A stretch of 32,000 nt of DNA, from assembly GCF_000400465.1 (NCBI RefSeq), contig NW_008806274.1:150244-182243 (forward strand), read 5' to 3'. The notes beneath the pieces were generated by a model. It was given only the letters and a program-made list of their open reading frames with translations. It searched no databases and was not told where the DNA came from. How positions within the stretch are numbered: the first letter of the stretch is position 1; the number at the start of each line of letters is the position of its first letter. Below, piece after piece: positions 1-11,817 of the stretch. Position numbers and translations under genes: made by a program. Origin of the DNA: Wallemia ichthyophaga EXF-994 (Eukaryota; Fungi; Basidiomycota).

Positions 1-3000
1 CTCGTCTGTTGAGATGTGGTTTGTAAGTTCGACTGCAATGTGGTCAGGACACCCAATTGAAGGTAAATAAATGCTTCTGAGATAGTTCAAAAGTTCATCA
101 CCACGACTCAAGTACGCCTGTCTAAGTAGGAGTGCAATTTCACCGAGGACCTGATAGTGATTGGTTGGGTTAGATTGGTGCACCGATAAAAGCTCACTCA
201 ACTCACAACATTAGATTGACCATCTTTCAAGTTGAATGTTGGCTTGGCAGGTACTTCAAATGCCAATTTGATGAATTGTTGGTAGATAAACTCTTCGAAA
301 CCACTCAAAGGCATTGGAGCCGGGCTGATTTGTACGACGTTTTGGGCGGGTAAAACTTTCAGATCATTTTGCACTTGCTCAATAGTGCCGTAGCAGAAGA
401 TAATCTTTGCGACGTTGTTGAAAGCGATTCTTTGTGTAGGTGGAGCACAATCTCGAGCAAATTGACATACAGATTCAAGAATTTGAACAAATCTCCCTCT
501 GTTCTCATCAGAAATGAACACACCTTGAAGTCCAGCTGAAAGTATGGTACCGATAAAATTAAGGTAGCTCTTTTCCATCTCTGTTCTGTTAAGTTCATCA
601 TCAGTACCAGATATCTGCATTGATAAGAATGAAAAGACCCTATCAATAATAGGTTGTAGAATAGAGTTAAGAATTGAAAAGACTTGTGATTTTAGCTTGT
701 GCACTAACATATTCAAGAAAGTCAAGAAGTCACTCAACTCGTTCATTTCAAGTCTACCAAGTAAACCATTTACGAACGCAGGTACGTGATTCAAGATGGC
801 AAAGCCAGTAGAGCTGACAATCTGGGCAAAAGTGAATCGGGAAGCATCTCTGATAACTTTATATTGAGACATCTGATCCAAGACAACAAAGATTGCTTGT
901 GTGGATTGGACAAATGGTTCAGAGTATGGGGGTGGTGGTTGGTCTAGCGAAGATGATTGTTGTATTAATGATGGTTCAGGTAAACCTTTAGCTAGATGTC
1001 CAATAGCCAAAATGGTATGGTGTACGTTGAGAATGTTCTCAACTTGATCTGGTGAGGATTGTAGAGATTGTTGAAGAGATGCTAATAATGGCTGTATTAT
1101 TTGATTCAAATAGTTTACTTGATTTGTTGGTATGTCACTGAGTTTAGCTAGAATACATCCAATGGCTTCATAAAGGTTGAGTTGATAGTGGAATAAGCCT
1201 ATAGTGTTTACCGATTTGCTTAAAACATCTTGATAGCTATCACCTTGTTCAAGTGGCAAAACGTCGACTGATAGTACTAGTAAATCCGTGATAGATTCAA
1301 GCAACTTTGGCACAAAGTTGGCTGGAATAAATCTTCTAGCTAGCATTGTGAATCGTTGGAAGAGATAAAAGTTTCTCGCTTTCACATTGAGTGACTGGTT
1401 GTGTATACCTCTGTCACCGACAAATGCAGATAAGATTGGATCTATCAATTCTTTTCGTGCAAACAGTATATCAACGTATCTCACTATCATCTCAAAGTAC
1501 TGGAGATTGACTGCGGGGTGTGGATGATTGCTGATACCTGAGTCAACAACAGTTTGTACTAGTTGACCAAGTGGTGTGTAAGGCTTTTCGTCGTACTTGA
1601 TTTTGTAGTTGTTCGCATCCTTTTTTGCTGACTGTCTCTCATCTTCTGATACGTGCACAAACGCCTGCACCGTATTACCTGATTGAATAGCTTCAGCGAA
1701 CAGAAAAACTATATAAAGCACCAATTCCGCTTGATACCAAGGAACAGAATCCGGTCCAGAGCTGGTGCATTGAGTGAGTGTTTGGTTGATGAGAGATACG
1801 ACTGTCGAAGTCCACAGCTCTTGGTCCAGTTGACAGACAGAATCGAATGTTGATCTTAACACTCTGCGAATTTCGTACAGCTCATGACGGTCGTCGTCGA
1901 CATCCTCACCAAGACCACCGAAACCCCATTCAACATCCTCATTCCACTGCATTTTTTGCATAACAGTTGGCAACAATTGACTAAAGAATTCTCTGGTTGG
2001 CATAGCATCGAATGATGTAGCATCCGCCTTTTTCTTTTTCTTGTAGAATGAGATGAGTTGTGTTAGGAAGCCATGCACGGCTAGCGAAGGACTTGATGAT
2101 TGATCAGCAAAGTATCTCAAGAAGATTGGTTGAAGTTGAGCTAAAAATACCAATGCTTGTGCTCTAGTTTCATTTGTTCCAAAGTTGACATCGGAACGGC
2201 TTTGCATGATTGTTGCTTGAGTTGGCTGGATGAATTGATTAATGATGCGCATACCTAGGCTAGAAAAGTATAACCCACCTCATCACATAATTTGAGAATC
2301 TCTGTACCAGCAGCATTTACCATCTTTGCACATGACTCTCTAAACAAAATATTGTCATCAGAAGTGTCATCTTTCGTCGCTTGTTCAAGTTGTCCGACAA
2401 TGTTTGAAACATTGATAATACCAATAATTTCCAACTTGGCTGCATAATCTCGAGTACCCTTTTGCATTATCTTAATAAAATAGCCAGTCGCAGCAATTTT
2501 AACTTGATTAGAAGGATGTTGTAAGAACTGGTAGAAGATTTCTAGAGTTTGAGGAGTGAATGACAGACTAATATCAATCCAATGAGACCAGCCAGCAAAA
2601 ACGTTAATAGCGAGGGCAAGAGATTCTTCCAAAGATTTAGACGACCACGCTTCACCGCCATTAACAGAGATATGACCTAACTCTTGCATGATATTAATAA
2701 GAGTTTCTATAACAGAGGGTGCATCCTTTGACCTAATGGCATCTCTTAAATTACCATCGCGTATGTGCCTCTCTGATGACCAATCTCTTGCTGCTCTAAT
2801 GATTGAATCTGATAACTCTAAGTTGATTTCATCAAGGATGCGCAAAACGAGTGGAGTAGTGCGTGGATTGAGTGATGAGCCTTGTCTGAGGAGTGACAAA
2901 AAGTCAATTATTATGTTAGGATGGGTTGTGTCGTATGTTTGTATGGTGAATAAGGTGAGCGTATGAGCCAGTCTGTTCCTCAAAAACCCAATATCGCCTT

Positions 3001-3328
3001 CCTGTCCACCTTCGACGTATTCTCTGCGTACATACTCAAACAAGGCTTCTTGTATTGCGAGTATATCGTCGTTTTGTAGATTTTGAAATGATTTGCTGAT
3101 GAGTTCATCGACGACACTCAGAACCCAGACCCTGGCTTCAGTGCCGACAGAATTTGTTAAGAATAAGCCTAAGCAATACTTCCATGTATCTGACGCGTTA
3201 TTCTTTACTTGTTCGAGGAAGTTCAACGCTTCTTCGCGCAATTCTGGACTTGTGTTTGGTGATGGGGATGCGCATTTAATAGCCTCAATTAACTGCGGTG
3301 GTACAGTTGTTGCTGCTATCGTAGCCAT
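1..3328 (-). CDS. LOS1: Exportin-T (tRNA exportin, importin-beta fold); 3' end runs off the window
   Basis: ORFs 2255-3328 and 198-2252 join through a GT-AG intron (~2228-2279). A second intron near 150-206 leads into VLGEIALLLRQAYLSRGDELLNYLRSIYLPSIGCP. HEAT-repeat content and motifs (FLRNRLAHTLTLF; HPAVNLQYFEMIVRY) fit exportin-T by recall. Confidence 0.85.
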
Positions 3329-3830
3329 CGTGGTGGTGATCCTTGAAGGGTGAGAGAAGATGTGAGATAATATTTGAAGGTAGCTGGATTAACGTGTGGG
3401 GATATTTGTGAGCCTGAGATGAGCGTGAGCGTATTCCAAGTGTACCTTTTATTATGTACGAAATGTCAGTCACAGTGTGCACATGAATCGTCATGGTACA
3501 GATGTGAATAACATAGGAACTTGAGCATTGATTGGCATGTATCCATTCTGCGTGTTTAAAAACCCTTATTATTTTCCCTGCTAAATTTTATTCAGGCTAT
3601 AAAACTCGCCCGAGTAAATCTTCTCTCTTCAACTCAAACCGCGATGTGAGTCATGAGCAAAGCGCGTCGAGGGAGCAGAATGGAATGATGTTACAAATCT
3701 AAACTTATCTACATTGTCTGAATATCATTGATGGACAAATAGAGGCTATTTCTGACTTTTCTTGCTTTCTCGGACGCAATACAAACCACACACACCTTAC
3801 TAACAAAGCACAGCAGTGGTGTTATTAAAA

Positions 3831-4823
3831 TTACAATGCAATGGTTTGTACAGATGATATATGATTACTACGCGGTCTGGATGTTGTCTCTAGAGCATAA
3901 TGTAGTTCTTCCTTGGTTATCGAAAGAAGCGTGATTTCTTTTGAGTCTAGCGCGATGCTGGATGTGCTGCCACTTGAGTTTTTAATGAGCGCGGTGAATG
4001 TTATGAAAAATTGCATATCAATCAGAGTTGTAAGCAAACTTTCGCCAATGCTCCACGATAGCGATGACTTAGATTTGGGTATGACGCCTTTAAAGTTGAA
4101 TGATTGAGGCTGCTGAAGCTGTAACTGTGGCGTGACAACCTCCTCTACGATCCTTGTTAGTTGCACATTAGATCTGAAGAGTGAGGATTTCTGGGCTTTG
4201 AATTGCACGCGTCGATCTAAGGACATGGCAAGTTTCTTCACGCTTATTTTGTTACTGAGGAGTGTGAGGTTAATGCTGGCGAAGAGGTTGTCACTTGACT
4301 TATACGTTGATTGGCGTCCTGAGAAGTAGGTCCGATAGTCCAACTGATCGACGCGTTGCGAGTAGGTGGTGAGTTGCTTGTAGAGTGGTGAATATCGGTT
4401 TAGCTGTAATATCACACTGCTTGTCTTTGTATTGCCAACGAATGTCAAATTTTCATGGATCAAGTTGGCTTCCAGCTTCCAAACGATGCGGTAGTTCTGT
4501 AAGTTGATGGACGACGGGAGGGTATTATTAAGTGGAACTTTTAACTTGAAATCTTTCTGAATTTCTGCGAGATGCGTGTATTTGCTGGGCGAGTTCGAGC
4601 TCCATAGTACCTGAGTAGATTCGTAGAGTATATTATTTCTTCCGAATGCAAACTCGATACACTTGAGCTTCACATTCAACTCTTTAGCCTTTAAGGGCTT
4701 GCCATCCGAAAGCTTTGTATACGCAACCCCGACGACTTCACAACGAGTGAGGCCGAGATAGCCGTGGACAGGAAATTGTCTATGGATATTACCAGTGTGT
4801 GGCTTCAGTTTCACGTCTAACAT
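3831..4823 (-). CDS. Arrestin-N-like / conserved fungal hypothetical protein
   Basis: Intact 330-aa ATG ORF. FPVHGYLGLTRCEVVG...KLKCIE and LPSSINLQNYRIVWKLEA resemble arrestin-fold N domains; family assignment is from memory. Confidence 0.55.
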   Translation of the reverse strand: MLDVKLKPHTGNIHRQFPVHGYLGLTRCEVVGVAYTKLSDGKPLKAKELNVKLKCIEFAFGRNNILYESTQVLWSSNSPSKYTHLAEIQKDFKLKVPLNNTLPSSINLQNYRIVWKLEANLIHENLTFVGNTKTSSVILQLNRYSPLYKQLTTYSQRVDQLDYRTYFSGRQSTYKSSDNLFASINLTLLSNKISVKKLAMSLDRRVQFKAQKSSLFRSNVQLTRIVEEVVTPQLQLQQPQSFNFKGVIPKSKSSLSWSIGESLLTTLIDMQFFITFTALIKNSSGSTSSIALDSKEITLLSITKEELHYALETTSRPRSNHISSVQTIAL

Positions 4824-5096
4824 TTCATTGTCTTATTTTGTGCACTGTGAGTGGAATGCTGGGTGGATTTCGACGATATAGAGAGGTATTTGATGTTATT
4901 GAGTGTTTTAAACTCACAGTTTCCCTCTGTGGATGTCAACTTGCAAGAGCATTCGGAGCACTCGGAGCATATGACTTAAATTAAGCGCACGCACGCACAG
5001 ACGTCCTCCATTTCACCTAATACCCTATTTTTCCACTCTCGGCAAGTGGATGCAGACCCCATTTTAATTAAAAAATAAAAGAGGTATATTACAGTT

Positions 5097-8000
5097 TTAC
5101 AGTCTACGCGACGCTGCGAGCTCTCTGCAGCGTCTCTCCATCATCTTCACTGTGAATCTAAGATTGCGCCCTTTTGAGTGACAGTTGGTTTCGAGCCAGT
5201 CCTCCAAACTCGACTGCAGGCTGTCCATTTTAGAGATAGCAGGCAGTGTGTCCTTGTACATGGCTGGGTTGAGGAGGAAATCGAATATGCTCGACCAGAT
5301 CTCGTGCTGCCAGTAGCGCTTGAGGTTGTTGCGAAGCTTGATCCGCCCACCTGCTTCTATCGTCTCTATGTACTTGCCGAAGAGCATGCAGTGGATGATA
5401 GCAGCCAGACCGAAATAGTCTGGCTCGAAATTCCATGGAACCTTCTGCTTGATCTGCCAGCAGTCCTTCTCATCACCGGGCCAGTCGTTGAGGAATTTTC
5501 TACCGACAGGTTGCTTGAAGGCATCTACATCGATAGATCTACCAAAATCTATGAGCTTGAGTCCCTTCATTGACCACCCACCCTCACCCGAGCGCTGGTA
5601 AACATTTGTCCAGAAATCACCTGCATCCTCAAGTCTTATCAAGCAATTATCTATTTTTAGATCACCGTGGATGATGCCACCCTTGTGAATACTGTTGAGC
5701 GTTCTGATCAGCTCAATGGCAAAGAAGACGACCAAAACCTCATCCAAGCCTGTAGAGGAAGAAGAGAACCATTCAGGGGCGTGATTGACGACATCTAGAA
5801 GTGTGCCCTGATCAGCATATTCCATACAAAGCACACTCTCATCCCTGTAAGCGTACAGTCCGTGTGGCATTACTATGGACCTTCTATCACGCTCTTCAAG
5901 ACGTTGATGGAGGGCGTTGAGGATGTAGAACTCCCACACACGCGCAGGTTTCTCAATCTTGAGAGCCACAGCGAGATCTTCTTCAGAAGTAGCGAATTGG
6001 GAATTGAAGCTACCGTCCAAGTTTTCCATGTCAAATTCATAGCTCTTTCCACCACTTTTGTTACGTTCAGAAGCGACAAAGACAGCGCCGAAGCCGCCCT
6101 GACCGATTTTTGCTTTAATGTCATACACATCATCGTCGCCACCATATTTGGGTAGTTTGAGTGGATACGTCTCCTCGTCCATTGTCTTATTCCTGCTACT
6201 TGAGGGCCGTTTTTTCACACCCTTCTCCACCTTGTTGAGTACTTCTAGGTTGTTTCGTGCTGTGTGGAATGTGCCCAAGTTGTACACGTTCAAATGTGAC
6301 CGTTTGAGAATTGAGTCTACGATGGTGCGTGTGTTTGCTACGCACGGATTAGGTGCATCTATCTTGCCACTCCCGGGCGAGACGGGGATAGCTGGTGAGG
6401 GTGGAGCGGGCGACTGTGCTTGAAGATGAGCAATCTGAGGAGCTTTCAGCGGCTGTGCAGGCTGAGCTGGGATACTACTGCCGAGGTTGAATTTCATTGT
6501 ATCAACAACATCAACATCCTCCATCTGAGCCAATCCACCAGGATGGATTGTAAATCCTTCCGGTAGCTCGAATTTGCCTGTGTGGGCTGTTATGTCTTGT
6601 TGTGTGAACTCCTCACCCAGTTCAAACGTAGGCAGTGGTGGCGGATCCACAGCTGGAGGTGGTGCTATAGGCGGTGCTCCCTGGGGTGTATGACCCATCA
6701 TGCTATCCTGGAGCGTGAGTGTGGTGCGTGCATCACCTGTTGTGCTATTCGGGTGTGTGTTTATGTTCGAGTTGCTCACCATGCTATCTTCATTCTCCTC
6801 CGCAATCGTGCCTTGGAATGGAGCCGTAGGGAAAGTAGCCCTACTTCTGTCGAGTGTATCTGCAGGATCTACACGCTGTGTAAATTCACATGTACGTTCC
6901 GTAATAGGTGTCATGAGATTGATGGGAGGGAAGCGGGACTGTTTGTTGAGATCATCGTAGTACTCTTCCTCGACCTGCGTCTGCACCTGCGACTGTGAGC
7001 CATCTTGCTCACCCACCTCCTCCTCTTCAACGGAAGGCTTCATTCCGAATGGCATCCGCACTGGACCAGATGTTGATTTTACAGCAGGTGTGCTTGCCAC
7101 ATTCTCATCCTTGTACATGGGGCCGGGCGGCGAGCTGTCTTCCTCAGCAACGGTCGGAGGCACGCGCGCAGTGTGCTCATCTGTAAACATCATCATTGGT
7201 GCCTTGTTCGGTGTGGGCATGACTAGCGGTTGAGGCGCATCGACGGAACTGTCGTCGCTGTCGCTTGAAGGGCTGTTTGGTCTGTCACACGCAAGTGGCT
7301 GGTTGAATAACTCCATCACATCGTCAAGTGCTGCTTTGGTGTTGACAGTCGGCGATGGTGCGCGTTTACGTGCTGAAGTGGGGCGATCAGATTGGACACT
7401 GCCAAAAAAAATATCACATACGCTTCTCATCAATGCTTGGTTCATCTTTCGGCATCCAGTCCCATTCATTGACCGTTGGCTCTGGGTACTTCTTCCCAAA
7501 TAAACCCAATTGTTTTGCTTTTAATTCCATGAAACTGTACTCCGTGTTATCGCAGTACACGCGTTGCAAATCAACAGCAACCCTTGGTTCTCCTTTTGAG
7601 CTAGTCGTTTTTCCCTTCTCCTTCTCTTTCTCCTTCTTTTTTCCGCTACTACTGCTACTGCCACTTGACTTTTTCTTCTCGCCAGATACATCGACGTCGA
7701 GCTTGGGTGGTTGTTCGAAGTTTTTAAAGGGGTTTAGCCGTAGCTGCTCAGCCTCGGATGGTTCTGATGACCCCAGATCAGCCTCTTTGGGACCAGCACC
7801 AGCTTCTTCATCGTTAAAGTCGGAGAAGATTGCAACTTTTTCCGCTTTGGGTGTGATAGCTTTGCCTTGCTGGATAGTTTCACCCTTCATTGAGGTCTTT
7901 TCGACAACATTCTCCTTGCGTCTGTCGTCGCGACTGCCGTAGTGATCCCATGGCCCACTTGAGCCAGATTCAGCGTCGTCCTCGTTGAAGATGGCCATGC

Positions 8001-8843
8001 GGGGCGTTGCGGAGGTGGAGGTAGATGGTGTGGCAGTAGCAGGAGCAATAGCGCTGCTACCGAGAAGACCCTTTCTAGGCAAAGACGAGGTGGTTGAAGG
8101 TGGTGCGTTTGCCATTCTCACTTTAAAATCATCGTAACGCTTCCTAAGTCTTTCAGTGGGCTGAGCCTTTCTACTGATACCCAATTCGTATATCTCCTTA
8201 GCCTTCTGGTGGAAACCTCTGCTTTCCTCAGCAGTAGCAGCCTCCTCATAGAGCAGACCCCATATAGTACCAATATCATTGGCTAGGAGAAATCTAAAGA
8301 TATCCCTGCTCTCATGGACGTACTTGGAGTAGAGTATCCAACAACGCAGATAGCGGACATCGCGTCTATACCTCTCGTCATCTTTGAAAGTACGCGTTGT
8401 GCGTTCGAGCAGGGGAACTATATTAGATTCATGGGATTCACCAGAGGGATAAACCTCTATAGCCCACTTGATGTACTCGGAGTAAACTCGAAATGGATCG
8501 TCGTCTTCTTCCGTCGCGGTAGTGATCTGAGCTTCGAAAGCATGGTGCTGCTCGTCGAGCTCTCTCCTACGCGACTGTCTATCTGATCTGAAAATGGAGG
8601 ATAGCGTTGATGCTGATCTTCCTTTCGCGAGTGGTTGAATGTTCTCTTTAGATTCGTAGATATCTTGAATATCTACGGTTTGCGGAGGGTTCTCTGGGGA
8701 GTTTTCTGTGTGCTGTGGGTGGTTTGTGTGTTGTTCTCCCTGTTCTCCCTGTTCTGGCTGCTCTCGCTGCTGATCCTAAAGATGGCGACAAGTGGTAAGA
8801 GATGGTAGCTCGGGCTAGGACATACACGCACACCTGACGACAT
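5097..8843 (-). CDS. BUB1: Spindle checkpoint kinase Bub1/Mad3 (MadBub type: KEN-TPR-KEN-CD1-kinase)
   Basis: ATG at 8843, short first intron, then ESKENIQPLAKGRS (KEN1), TPR (DDPFRVYSEYIKW; DVRYLRCWILY) and RRKENVVE (KEN2). Intron 7373-7421 precedes SPTVNTKAAL. Kinase motifs GQGGFGAV, ALKIEKP, HGDLKIDN, IDFGRSID. Confidence 0.93.
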
Positions 8844-8940
8844 TTTCCAGCTGGTTTAACAAATTAAATATATTCTCAATTTCACTTGTTGATAGCAGCG
8901 CTTGAACGAGTACGACGACGCGCCGGACGCAGAAAAAGAA

Positions 8941-9810
8941 ATGTCGAGAAGAAATCAATTGCTGTCTTCAATGGATGTAGATGACGACGATGAGATGCCG
9001 TCGATGCCTTCGATGCGTCCATCAAGCTATGCACAGCGCACAGAAGACACTGGCAGCTCAAAGCCCATGATCGACATCGACGAGCTAATGGCGCAAGATG
9101 CAGATACCCCGGAATGTGCACTGGCGCAGCTTACGAGAGCGTGGGTGGCTGAGCGCGGTGCTCCCGTGCTGCTGGAATGGCAGGGCGACGTCGTCGATGA
9201 GGTTATGAGTCAAGTAGAGGAGCAGACTAAGATTGTTGAAAGCCTCAAGTCAGATGATAGGAGTACAGATGAGGAGCATTTCCAGCTTATTCTCGTGCAG
9301 ACTGAAGTTGAGCGCGCGAAATATGTCATCACATCCTATGTTCGTGCGAGATTGAGCAAAGTGGGAGACATATTCTTTAGAAAAGGGATACACACAGCTA
9401 AAGAGGATATTACAGATTGAGGAATTCGCTCAGTACATAGTCGCTAACCCATCGAGCCACACGAATCTTTCGGGCATCGAGCTCTCACATGCGCGCAAGT
9501 GAGTAGGATTGTAGACACAGAACACACAACTGACATGAGGAGATTCTGGCGTCTGGTTGAGAATCATTATCAGATGTCGGTGTTGCAGGGTCTGCCTACA
9601 GCGATGCGTGGGTTGGAAGACAATCAGAATGGGAAGAGCATGATGGCCGAGCCAGATGTGGACACGGCGGTGTTCATCAGGGCGAGGAGGAACGTGGGAG
9701 AGGTGCAGCTACCACAGCAGGCGATACAGCTAATGAAGAATGACTGCTACCTGGTACGATACAGGGATGTGAGCTACTTGATAGCGAGTGGGGGAGTGGA
9801 GATAGTGTGA
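8941..9810 (+). CDS. SLD5: GINS complex subunit Sld5
   Basis: LTRAWVAERGAPVLLEW, QTEVERAKYVITSYVRARLSK|IEEF, C-terminal EPDVDTAVFIRA...YLVRYRDV. Introns 9361-9415 and 9499-9542. Start taken as the first in-frame ATG. Confidence 0.9.
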
Positions 9811-9850
9811 TGGTTGGGTGTATGAGATGTCTACATGAAATTAATCGATT

Positions 9851-10271
9851 TTAGTGGTGTTCTTGGGCTTTTGGACCGTAGCCAACGAGCCTGCGCTTAC
9901 CAAGGATCTCACCAATCTTGAAAATACCCTGGAGAGTGTTAGAATGTGCGTGTGTGCATGTGTGCGCGTGTGCCACCCACATAAGCCTCCAAACCAATTA
10001 CACCGACCTTGGCCCATTGACCGGATTCGAGGAGTTGAGCGTAGGTTTGGCGTTGAGTGGCCTTAGAGAGAATGCTAGACCAGGTGCTTGCAACTTGGGA
10101 GAAAGAAGAAGGCGGTGAGAGCTTCTCTGCTTGATAAACCTGCTTGAGGAGTTCCTTGGAAACTTGGGCGTTGTAGAATAAAGGTTCCCTGTAGCTGCCC
10201 AAAGCCCTTTCGACGCCACCGCCGACTCTCTTGAGAATGGTGAGACCAGAGTCGATTATCTTTTGAGCCAT
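9851..10271 (-). CDS. ATP20: Mitochondrial ATP synthase subunit g
   Basis: LGSYREPLFYNAQVSKELLKQVYQAEKLSPP...WAKVGVIGLEAY, a CA-rich intron, then GIFKIGEILGKRRLVGY. Start uncertain; an upstream exon is possible. Confidence 0.85.
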
Positions 10272-11014
10272 TTGGTGGTTTAGATTCAAGGAAGCGTAAG
10301 CTTAATTCAGCGACACCATAGGATGGGTTCCGGGCAAGTGGTTTTTAAAATGCACCAGGGAAAGCCTTATTAACGAGCGCATCCTTTATAGTGGGTGAAG
10401 TGAAATTTTTCTCGAAGGACCATATCCTAGGAATGCTGGACGAAACGAGAAAATTTTAGTCAACAAGAGAAACAAGTATGAATTCAGAATGTAGATTGTA
10501 AATAATAAACAGCTTTACACTGGTTTACGCCCGTATTTGACTCCAAGGAAGAAATGGGGCTACCGGGGAGGAAAGTGTCAGATGACGACCAGGCGCAGCC
10601 ACAAGTACTTTGTTAATATATCTCATGGGTAAGAGCCGTTTTGTCTTTCAATTCACTATTGCAGCTTACAATTAGCTTCAAACGCTCAATTCGACGAAAT
10701 GCTAGATATGGCGAACAAGGAGCGTGAGAAGGAGAACAAGAAGCTGCTGTACGCCGAAAATATTGCAGAGATTAGGAAAAGAACCAACAACCCATTAATA
10801 ACATAAAGGAGAAGAAAGATACTGCCATCAAGGACGAGTGGGGATTGACAAAGATCTAAAGATGAGTAATTTCGGGGCAAAGGTATGATAATTAACCCAA
10901 TGACGCTTGAAAGGTTGATTTTGTTGAGTATACTCAGTACAATTGCTCAGACGCAAACAAGTCTGATTAAAAAGCAGCCAGTCTTCTCTTGAACACACCG
11001 GTGTTATTGACATA

Positions 11015-11788
11015 GCCGCTGCCAGTCATGATAATAGGTATGTCAGCGATTGATTCCTGCCAGATAAAGCTATCGATCTTGCAGGCGAAGCTGCTTCCAC
11101 GCTCAAAGTAGCACGCGAGAGTAAACCAGAGTAATTGGCTAAGCTAGACCCAGGCATTCTCGAGATACATGTGCGCAGACTTATATATCATCTTGGTAAA
11201 TACACTAACTCTTGCGGTAGATTGAGCTGGAATTCCTACAAAACGAAGACAATACACTGTCTAATGAACGTTAAAGTACACAATAAAAGCTTTTTAACGA
11301 ATATTAAGACGATTCAGAGGGACTGACCAAGATTCAGAATAGAGAGCCCAGATGTCTAACGCTAAGGTCGCCAAAGAGGAGCTCGAGAGAGCGTAAATGC
11401 AAAGACACGGTAATCTCGAGCGGACATAGAGATTGCGCCAGGAAAGCATACCTATCACTTCAACGTGATAATGAGATAGCGGAGAAGCAAGCTGAAGAAG
11501 GGACGAAGATGCTCCTTGTGAAGGACAGAGTGGCCAGCGAAAACATTGCCAGAGCCATTTCCCGGATGACTGGCATACCAATCAGCAACCTCATACAAGG
11601 TGAGATTGAGAAATTGCCTTATGTTGTGTCTTGCTTTTTGCCGTTTTGTTTACACTAACAACCATACGCAGCTCGAAAAAATATTGAATGAGAAGATTGC
11701 TGGACAAAACCACATTATCAAACCATTTACAGATGTCGTGCGGCTATCAAGAGCTGGCTTGCGATCAGACGACAGATCCATTGCGTCA
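11015..11788 (+). pseudogene. HSP78: Degenerate HSP78/ClpB-family disaggregase fragment (end of NBD1, M domain, start of NBD2)
   Basis: RYVSD*FLPDKAIDLAGEAASTLKVARESKPE*LAKLD; intron 11171-11220; IELEFLQNEDNTLSNER*; QRHGNLERT*RLRQESIP; DRVASENIARAISRMTGIPISNLIQGEIEKLPY; intron 11623-11671; LEKILNEKIAGQ...DVVRLSRAGLRSDDRSIAS. Multiple stops and frameshifts. Confidence 0.85.
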
Positions 11789-11817
11789 GAGATGAAAACA
11801 CGAAAACAAATAATAAA

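Noticed and set aside
5147-7942. Many antisense or alternate-frame ORFs over BUB1 (similarly over XPOT, SLM1-like, the membrane gene and POLK)
   Set aside because: Shadow ORFs of real coding sequence, often with non-ATG starts and no motifs.
9945-9980. (CA/TG)-rich microsatellite-like tract
   Set aside because: Ordinary imperfect repeat inside the ATP20 intron.
10430-10806. Possible spliced plus-strand ORF (...KKWGYRGG...SHG|LQLASNAQFDEMLDMANKERE...) or upstream part of the HSP78 remnant
   Set aside because: No clear start codon, only ~36-nt candidate introns, and the GLQL...DE similarity to NBD1 is too weak to call by eye.
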